From: an uncultured Candidatus Saccharibacteria bacterium | Lineage (GTDB): Bacteria; Patescibacteriota; Minisyncoccia; Phycocordibacterales; Phycocordibacteraceae | Assembly: GCA_964607655.1 (NCBI GenBank) | Contig: CAZSKX010000002.1 | Span: forward strand, 1,325 to 65,324 | Length of the DNA stretch: 64,000 bases | Direction of reading: 5' to 3' | Shown here: positions 56,217 through 64,000 of the stretch, piece by piece | Layout of the letters: the number at the start of each line of letters is the position of its first letter | How positions within the stretch are numbered: the first letter of the stretch is position 1 | Translations under genes and position numbers: made by a program | The notes under the pieces: generated by a model | Databases searched by the model: none | What the model was told of the DNA's origin: nothing | Seen by the model: only the letters and a program-made list of their open reading frames with translations

Positions 56217-57965
56217 TTACTTCGCCGCACGTGCAAAAAATGGCCACACCTTATCGGTCTCCCGGTACCACTCCGCCACGTTTGCGAAACGGTCTGAGGG
56301 CGTAATGATCTGGGGCAGTACGACACCTCCGACGTCCTCCGGTATGGAGTAGGTGAAGTTCGGGGCGTAGATAAATGCGGCAGGATACTCGGCAGCCACC
56401 GTGTCCTGGATCTTCTGAAGGTCGCGAAGGCGTGCGCGCGTGTCGGTCTCTGTCCGGACGCTCTCAAGGAGCGCGTCGACGGTCTTGTTCGCGTAGAGTG
56501 CGATATTGAGACCGGGATCATTGCGCTCCTGCGAGCTCCAGAAGGCGTAGAGATCTTGGTTTCGTCCGATCACCATCCCGTAGAGCAGAGATTCATATTT
56601 ACGGGGGCGGATGATGTTTTGCGAGAGATCGCCTGGCTCGTAGAGCTCTATGGTTACGGGGATCCCAAGCTTCTCCCAGTCGCTCTTCACCGCGCTGGCG
56701 ACACTCTTGAGCTCAGGCACGTTGCTGGTGCGGACCGTGATGGCATCGAGGGTTTGTTTTGCGCCAGCGTGCGTCCACACACGATCGGTAGAGCTATAGG
56801 CCCACCCAGCATCGGTGAGGACATCGGCGGCAGCCTCGATGCGACCCTCTGCGGGAGCAATCGGCGGCTGCGTGATTGAAGGATTCGGCGGGACCGGGCC
56901 CATGATGGGGGTGGCTGACCTGCCGAGCACCTCTTCGATGATCCTGTTGCGATTGATAGCGATCGAAAGAGCCTTTCGTACCTCGAGTCGCGTGTAGACC
57001 TGCTTCTCGCTTTGATTGAAGAAGACGCCGAAGACACGGGCATACGGAGCGCTGCGGGCTGAAGGGCTCGGGATATCATAGGCGCTTTCGACTGACCCGT
57101 CGGCTAGAGCGTCAGCGAGATCTTCGGTGCGTGAGTAGAAGCGGAACGTGATCGAGTCGAGATACGGACGCCCGAGAGGATAATATTTGTTTGCAGAGAG
57201 GGTCACGCTTTGGATAAGGCCCGCGGCATTCTTCGACACATCAGTAACCTTAAATGGGCCAGCGCCAACGGGGGCCGTCTGATACGTAGAGAAAGGAAAT
57301 TCCCGTTCAGAGATAGGCCCCCAGAGCTTTGCAGGGAGGATGCCGAGGGTGGTGAGTCCGATAAAAGGCGCATAGGGCTTAGCGAGAGTGAAGCGGACGG
57401 TGCGCGCATCAACTTCTTCGGCGCGCACGCCCGACCAGTTGGCATACTCAGGACTTTTGATTGCAGAGTTTTGCGCCCTCTCGACGGTGAACACGACGTC
57501 GCCGGCGGTCACTGCGGAACCGTCAGAAAACTTAGCATCCGAGCGTAGGGTAAAGGTGTAGGTTTTTCCGTCAGGGGAGATTTCATAACTCTTCGCGAGT
57601 ACCGGGATGAGCTCGCCTGCTCCCGACAGGCCCATAAGTCCAGCATAGGTGAGCGCTGAGAGGTCTCGGTCTGAGTCGGACAGGGCCAAGAGGGGATTGA
57701 TAAACCGTGGACTGCCCACCTCGCCTTCGACGAGAGAACCGCCATATGCCGGCTCGGTGACGAGCAGTGACTGCTGTAGGCCGTACACCCCGAAGAGGGA
57801 GGTAATCGCGACAAGACCTGAAAGAGTGTAGGCGACTGCTCGATCGCCAGGCGAAAGGCTCTCGAGCCAGGCATGAGCCTGTTCGACGAATCGAATCGAA
57901 TAAGAACGATCAAGACGCTCTTTAAGAGGAGCGAGACGCTCGCGCACAGCGTCAAAGCGGGTCAT
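56217..57965 (-). CDS. ABC transporter substrate-binding protein, family 5 (oligopeptide/dipeptide/nickel type), orphan
   Basis: 582 aa; N-terminal signal anchor; SBP_bac_5-like size and composition; no permease or ATPase genes adjacent. Confidence 0.65.
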   Translation of the reverse strand: MTRFDAVRERLAPLKERLDRSYSIRFVEQAHAWLESLSPGDRAVAYTLSGLVAITSLFGVYGLQQSLLVTEPAYGGSLVEGEVGSPRFINPLLALSDSDRDLSALTYAGLMGLSGAGELIPVLAKSYEISPDGKTYTFTLRSDAKFSDGSAVTAGDVVFTVERAQNSAIKSPEYANWSGVRAEEVDARTVRFTLAKPYAPFIGLTTLGILPAKLWGPISEREFPFSTYQTAPVGAGPFKVTDVSKNAAGLIQSVTLSANKYYPLGRPYLDSITFRFYSRTEDLADALADGSVESAYDIPSPSARSAPYARVFGVFFNQSEKQVYTRLEVRKALSIAINRNRIIEEVLGRSATPIMGPVPPNPSITQPPIAPAEGRIEAAADVLTDAGWAYSSTDRVWTHAGAKQTLDAITVRTSNVPELKSVASAVKSDWEKLGIPVTIELYEPGDLSQNIIRPRKYESLLYGMVIGRNQDLYAFWSSQERNDPGLNIALYANKTVDALLESVRTETDTRARLRDLQKIQDTVAAEYPAAFIYAPNFTYSIPEDVGGVVLPQIITPSDRFANVAEWYRETDKVWPFFARAAK

Positions 57966-58204
57966 ACCGGCGAAGCCAGGAGGAAGTTGAGGATTGCTGA
58001 GATGACGAGCAAGATCGCGATCACGATCGTCGCGTTAAAGAGAAATTTCTCAGCGCCTCGGCGCTTATAAAAGGTTGACGCGAAGTTATCACCTCCGAAG
58101 GCTCCCCCGAGAGTTGCGCCGCGCTGTTGGAGCACGATGCCAACGATGAGGAGTATTGAGAGGATGATTTCTGCGTACGGTAGAACCGACACGAGTGCCT
58201 CCAT
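57962..58204 (-). CDS. secG: Preprotein translocase subunit SecG
   Basis: Two TM helices flanking a Gly-rich loop (LLIVGIVLQQRGATLGGAFGGDNFASTF); start taken at the MEALV Met; stop overlaps the SBP start. Confidence 0.6.
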   Translation of the reverse strand: MEALVSVLPYAEIILSILLIVGIVLQQRGATLGGAFGGDNFASTFYKRRGAEKFLFNATIVIAILLVISAILNFLLASPV

Positions 58205-58275
58205 GGATGTAGACCACTCTAGCATGGGATTGGTCCCGGACGCAAGGTGGAGAATAATCACGGGTAGTAGAGTCG

Positions 58276-58304
58276 TTGCAGCTGCTTGGGGTTGTCGGTA
58301 TACT
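58276..58304 (+). promoter_or_regulatory. Candidate sigma70-type promoter for groES (TTGCAG-N17-TATACT); no CIRCE element seen
   Basis: Exact 17-nt spacing; about 50 nt upstream of groES; no TTAGCACTC-N9-GAGTGCTAA inverted repeat in the leader. Confidence 0.35.
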
Positions 58305-58353
58305 CCTTCGGTACAGGGCGTTTTATTAAGGTAATCATAATTCTACAATTCTT

Positions 58354-60299
<1,946 letters not shown>

Positions 60300-60319
60300 A
60301 TTTCGTCACAGTTTTTCTC

Positions 60320-60352
60320 AAACGCCCGGCGAGAGCCGGGCGTTTGATTTTA
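60320..60352 (+). terminator. Rho-independent terminator after groEL
   Basis: aaacgcccggcgagagccgggcgttt followed by gatttt. Confidence 0.65.
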
Positions 60353-60362
60353 ATAGGGGAGT

Positions 60363-61190
60363 ATGGTGAGATACGCCCAGACTGATCGTCACACTAAAGA
60401 GAAAAGGAGAAAAGTGATGGGAATAATCACTCCCCGAGTCAGTAAGCTGGATCTCGAGGAGATTCCCTCGACGTTCGTACATTCACCAGAGTATCAGGGA
60501 CCGAAGTCGCTTGGGGACCAAATCGCAAAAATCGCGGAGGTCTTCGATCTCGACCCAGAGGACGCGTACACGTACGCGTCCCGGCTGCCAAGGCTCTCAT
60601 CGTTCGTGCCGGCAGATGTGCTCGAGCACGTGGGCTGGTTCGCGGTACCGACGGTTTCGGCGCTCGCGCGCCGACATTTCCCGAATGCAGGAGGCTCGCA
60701 GGAAAAGTTTTGTCAGGCGACGAAGCTCGTCCTTGAGATGGTGACGAGGCGTTTGCACCTGCAGGTGATGCGAGCCGAGAACGAGTTCAAGACGGAGTAC
60801 TTGCAGCGCGCGACGATTACGGAGCGGTGTTTTGCTGAGCTTGGCGATCAACAGCCAGGCGGCATCTGCATCGTAGCGGGGCAGCTCGGTGTCGTGCATC
60901 GAGGACGAAAGGTTCGTTACGCGCGCAAATGTTTCGTTGCGAATGAGTTCGGTCTCGATACGATCGGCGTGGGTTCGATTGTCCTCGTGCATCCCGAGCT
61001 GTTTGCAAGCGCGGGGCAGCTCGGGATTGATTGTTCTGGGGACGAGTTCAAGCCTTCGTACGGAGGCAAAGACCATCCTTACGACTGTGCAGGGCGCTTC
61101 ATTCGGCCCGAGAACAGGTTCGAGCATAATTCGAGTTGGACGGGCGCCTTCCATATTCGCACTGGCTCGGCTACGGCTTTTGTCCCCTAA
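60363..61190 (+). CDS. Hypothetical cytoplasmic protein (the start may be the MGIITPRV Met at 60417)
   Basis: 275-aa ORF; no motif recognised; followed by two consecutive terminator hairpins. Confidence 0.4.
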   Translation: MVRYAQTDRHTKEKRRKVMGIITPRVSKLDLEEIPSTFVHSPEYQGPKSLGDQIAKIAEVFDLDPEDAYTYASRLPRLSSFVPADVLEHVGWFAVPTVSALARRHFPNAGGSQEKFCQATKLVLEMVTRRLHLQVMRAENEFKTEYLQRATITERCFAELGDQQPGGICIVAGQLGVVHRGRKVRYARKCFVANEFGLDTIGVGSIVLVHPELFASAGQLGIDCSGDEFKPSYGGKDHPYDCAGRFIRPENRFEHNSSWTGAFHIRTGSATAFVP

Positions 61191-61203
61191 AGGTCAACTT
61201 CTG

Positions 61204-61318
61204 GACCCGTTCGCGTATGCGCGAACGGGTCCGTGTGTTTGTAAATCTTGATTTCGTAAATCCAGAATTCAAAACAATAACACTCGGCCCGCAAAGCGGG
61301 CCGAGTGTTTCGTATATT
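61204..61318 (+). terminator. Two tandem hairpin terminators (61204-61240 and 61279-61318)
   Basis: gacccgttcgcgtatgcgcgaacgggtc followed by cgtgtgtttg; then aacactcggcccgcaaagcgggccgagtgtt followed by tcgtatatt. Confidence 0.55.
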
Positions 61319-61412
61319 GACTTGATGGAGACACTTATTGTATAGTCATATACGGAAAACGGGTCCTGAAAAACCATAGCCACCTCGAGAAAGGTGGCAA
61401 AAGGAGTTCATC

Positions 61413-62213
61413 GTGAACACAACCATTCGTATCTTCCTGGTCTGCGCCGCTGGCGCGCTCATCGGGAGTCTCGTGGGGCTGCAAATGAGCCCTCACTTCT
61501 GGTGGGCTGGTCTGATTACTGGTGCCGTCGTCGGCTACTTCGGGTACCTCTTCGAGGAAGCTGCAGCTGCAATCCCGATCGCGTACCGTCGTACCGTCGC
61601 CTGGCGTCCGAATCGTCAGTTCTTGCAGTGCTGGGGTAACTGGCTCTACGGATTCATCCACGCGGTCGTGGCAATGCTCGTCATCCCATACCTCATCCTG
61701 GAGCTTTTGGCGGGGAACAGTCTGAAGAAGCTGATTCTTCACACTATCGGGGCGACCGTGGTCGGCCTGTTCTGTGCCGTCGTGGTGGCATCATTCGTGA
61801 CGATTCTCTACTGGACAACCGTGGAGGACGAAAGGAAAGGCAACTCCTCCTACGTGTACAAACCCCTCGAGTTCCACAGCGTCAGCAGGCTCTACGTCAT
61901 GGCCCTACGCGAGGGGATCAAGGGAATCGTGTGGATCATGAACGGGATTCCGGAAGCAATTCAAATCGTTGCTGCCGAGATCGAAGAGGGCGCCAAGACA
62001 GTGAAGAGCTTCGTCGTCCTGTACTTCACCCTGATCCACTCGGAGCTTCGACTCCTGTGCGCGGTGGATGCAGCAATCGGTGCAGCCATCGGCTACTACA
62101 CGGGTAATGCGCTTGTTGGCGCTATCGCGGGTGGAGTACTCGGCGTGGTCAACTACGAGCTCATCACCGTGAGGTGGCTGAGGCTCGAAGGCGCCACGTC
62201 TATGTTCAAGTAG
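61413..62213 (+). CDS. Polytopic membrane protein with glycine-zipper motifs at both termini (hypothetical)
   Basis: GTG start after the RBS AAAGGAG; GxxxG repeats (GAVVGYFGY; GAAIGYYTGNALVGAIAGGVLGVV); about 5 TM segments. Confidence 0.5.
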   Translation: MNTTIRIFLVCAAGALIGSLVGLQMSPHFWWAGLITGAVVGYFGYLFEEAAAAIPIAYRRTVAWRPNRQFLQCWGNWLYGFIHAVVAMLVIPYLILELLAGNSLKKLILHTIGATVVGLFCAVVVASFVTILYWTTVEDERKGNSSYVYKPLEFHSVSRLYVMALREGIKGIVWIMNGIPEAIQIVAAEIEEGAKTVKSFVVLYFTLIHSELRLLCAVDAAIGAAIGYYTGNALVGAIAGGVLGVVNYELITVRWLRLEGATSMFK

Positions 62214-62221
62214 ACGGGCCA

Positions 62222-62270
62222 AGCCCCGTGCAAAGAGTTTCGTGTAAATGCACGACCTTTGCACGGGGCT
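62222..62270. terminator. Bidirectional nested-hairpin terminator between convergent genes
   Basis: ccccgtgcaaag...ctttgcacgggg enclosing an inner tcgtg-taaatg-cacga hairpin; followed by ctctttgtttatt. Confidence 0.55.
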
Positions 62271-62276
62271 CTTTGT

Positions 62277-63023
62277 TTATTCGGGGTCCGTTATTTTCTT
62301 AGTGAGGTCTTCAGGCTGAACGTTGTAAGCGAGGATCCTCCACCCTCGAGTATGCGAAAAGCGCCGCCACGGGTTGTACTCGGCGATCGAGACGGTGGCG
62401 TTGTCCGAGAAGTTGAAATACGACACCTTGGTGAAATCGCCATCGTGTAAGAATTCGTGTTGGAGCATATAGGCGAGGAGGATTTTCAGGAAGACGTGAT
62501 GCGTCACCACGACCGTCCGATCTTTCCCTTGTCGTGAGAGAAGTGCGAGTGCTTTGCGGGCGCGCACCTTCAGGTCTGCGAAATTTTCTTCATCTGAGTA
62601 GCGATAGTCGTCGTCGTGGTAGGTGTTCTCAATTTTATCGACAATAACTTTCACCTCCGGGAGGCTGCGCTTTTTTCCGATGATCTCGTGAGGATTGCGT
62701 CGTTCGGCAAAGAGGGGAGACACGACAATCGGAGCGTGGAGGTGTTTGTTCATCAAGTTTGCCGTTTCTTGTGCGCGAGGGTACGAGCTTGAGATGATGC
62801 GTTTGATACGGAGCGGAGCAAGCGCAGCGCCGACTCGATCAGCCTGTGCACGACCTTCTTCTGAAAGTTCACCCTCCTCTCCTTGGCGAATATGCTTAGC
62901 GTTGAGGACAGTTTCTCCGTGTCGGACGATATAGAAGCGTCGCGGCCGCATCCGGAGCGCGATAAACATAACGAACAAGAAGGTGCCAAGCGCAATAAGG
63001 AGGGCTGTAGGATCGCTGGGCAT
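62277..63023 (-). CDS. Histidine phosphatase family protein (phosphoglycerate-mutase-like), membrane-anchored
   Basis: N-terminal TM; catalytic RHGETVLN motif; second His block (VVVTHHVFLK). Confidence 0.7.
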   Translation of the reverse strand: MPSDPTALLIALGTFLFVMFIALRMRPRRFYIVRHGETVLNAKHIRQGEEGELSEEGRAQADRVGAALAPLRIKRIISSSYPRAQETANLMNKHLHAPIVVSPLFAERRNPHEIIGKKRSLPEVKVIVDKIENTYHDDDYRYSDEENFADLKVRARKALALLSRQGKDRTVVVTHHVFLKILLAYMLQHEFLHDGDFTKVSYFNFSDNATVSIAEYNPWRRFSHTRGWRILAYNVQPEDLTKKITDPE

Positions 63024-63090
63024 TATTCTTCAGTATACACAGGGCCCGTCCCAGAGTATGCACAAAGGGTCATACTATAGGTAGCGGCTC

Positions 63091-63363
63091 ATGACCGCTT
63101 TAATCGTCTGTTTTACTCCTATGAAAGGAATGCATTCCATCAGTTTCATTCTCGTGATCATTGGCGCCCTTAACTGGGGTCTCGTCGGTCTCGGGGGTTT
63201 TGCGGGCGGTGATTGGAACGTGGTGCGCATGATCCTCGGATCATGGCCCCAGGTTGAGTGGGTTGTGTACATTCTCGTGGGTCTCAGCGCCCTCTCTCTC
63301 GCTGTTTCTCATAAGAAGGATTGTCGCCACTGTAGTGTAAGTGGTGAAGCAGCAGCGATGTAA
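63091..63363 (+). CDS. DUF378-family small membrane protein
   Basis: ALNWGLVGLGGF matches the conserved DUF378 signature; 2 TM helices; the start is probably an internal Met (63121 or 63133). Confidence 0.55.
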   Translation: MTALIVCFTPMKGMHSISFILVIIGALNWGLVGLGGFAGGDWNVVRMILGSWPQVEWVVYILVGLSALSLAVSHKKDCRHCSVSGEAAAM

Positions 63364-63381
63364 CACTGCGTAGTCAGTTTT

Positions 63382-63413
63382 AAAGAAACCGGCCCTGAAG
63401 GGCCGGTTTCTTT
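63382..63413. terminator. Bidirectional terminator
   Basis: aaagaaaccggccctgaagggccggtttcttt. Confidence 0.65.
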
Positions 63414-63948
63414 ATTCGCCCTGGCGATCTGTGTTCCCCTGTTCGGCCTCCTTCTCGTCCTCTTCTCGCGAAGAATCTTCGGGCGTGCTTGTGGCCGTCT
63501 GGTCGTGGTCAAAGGCGTCGATGTTGAAGTTGGCCGCGGCATGCGTAAGGATGTTTGCCCGGGTCGATGCACGCATGGAAGCCTTGAAAGCTTTTGAAGC
63601 AGCTTTAGTGTCGCGTTCTTCGAGGAATTTTGCACCCTGATTGCGTAGTTCGTCGGCGTCCGCGAGGACTTTGGCGGCCTGAGCTGAGGTAGAAGTGGGG
63701 ACTGATGCTCTAAGCGAAGTGACGACAATGGTTGACCGGTCGAGTGCGTCTTCTGCGGCTAGCTGGAGCGAGGCCACGGTAGACAGGTCGTCCTCGTTCT
63801 TAGAATCGGTAGAACTTGCTACACCAAGAGTGGCCTGGCGGATCGCTGTGCGCAAGGCTTTTGACCCGCTCTTGCTGCGGCTGGTCTCAAGTCGAGCGAG
63901 AACAGCCTCATAAGCCGAGAGCCGAGCAGAAAAGTCTTCAGCAGTCAC
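63412..63948 (-). CDS. Hypothetical Ala/Ser/Thr-rich acidic protein (may extend beyond the ORF start or the window)
   Basis: 178-aa ORF near the window edge; low complexity; no motif recognised. Confidence 0.3.
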   Translation of the reverse strand: MTAEDFSARLSAYEAVLARLETSRSKSGSKALRTAIRQATLGVASSTDSKNEDDLSTVASLQLAAEDALDRSTIVVTSLRASVPTSTSAQAAKVLADADELRNQGAKFLEERDTKAASKAFKASMRASTRANILTHAAANFNIDAFDHDQTATSTPEDSSREEDEKEAEQGNTDRQGE

Positions 63949-64000
63949 CTCAGAAATGGGGGTTGAGGAGGCGCTTTCTTCAGAGGAAGCGAGCGCGAGA

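Noticed and set aside
58262-58353. CIRCE (HrcA) operator upstream of groES
   Set aside because: No TTAGCACTC-N9-GAGTGCTAA-like inverted repeat is present. Only a sigma70-like -35/-10 pair is present.

Overview
This is a GC-rich bacterial chromosomal window dominated by the core translation apparatus. It carries the str operon (rpsL-rpsG-fusA-tuf-rpsJ), a long run of S10/spc ribosomal-protein genes (rplC through rplO) followed by secY-adk-map-ndk, the infC-rpmI-rplT operon, groES-groEL, secG, and two beta-CASP/RNase J-type nucleases. There are DNA-maintenance genes (pcrA/uvrD-type helicase, rsmA, nth, a MutY-like glycosylase, comM with a DksA/TraR-like gene) and a redox block (msrA/msrB, VKOR, bcp). 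No L30 gene lies between rpsE and rplO. That absence, the weak Shine-Dalgarno signals and the many small secreted or membrane proteins fit a reduced-genome, CPR/Patescibacteria-like organism, but this is inference only. I could not identify any rRNA, tRNA, CRISPR array, transposase or integrase.

Three things stand out. First, a roughly 4.7-kb NAD salvage island (an NrtR-family regulator, a bifunctional NadM NMN-adenylyltransferase/Nudix gene and nadV/NAMPT on the minus strand, plus an upstream PRTase-like gene and a Cys-containing mini-protein) sits between rpsJ and rplC and splits the S10 operon. Two copies of a 21-bp palindrome, TTAGTGTAT-CTT-ATACACTAA, lie in the nadM promoter region and look like NrtR operators. 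Second, a translationally coupled four-gene envelope cluster at 9769..16450 encodes two secreted proteins, a 915-aa VirB6/TrbL-like polytopic membrane protein with a long coiled-coil tail, and a proline-rich protein; it lies immediately upstream of rpsL. Third, imperfect direct repeats of about 48 bp duplicate the 3' end of rnj and flank a single cargo gene for a secreted protein with a peptidoglycan-binding domain.

Other points: a second two-gene insertion separates rplB from rpsS; msrA carries an apparent 2-nt frameshift; a UbiA prenyltransferase with a long N-terminal extension sits next to a PAP2 phosphatase; a PLD-family nuclease with an OB fold sits next to dedA; there are several candidate regulatory hairpins and one candidate structured ncRNA. 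Most antisense ORFs in the six-frame track look like high-GC artefacts.
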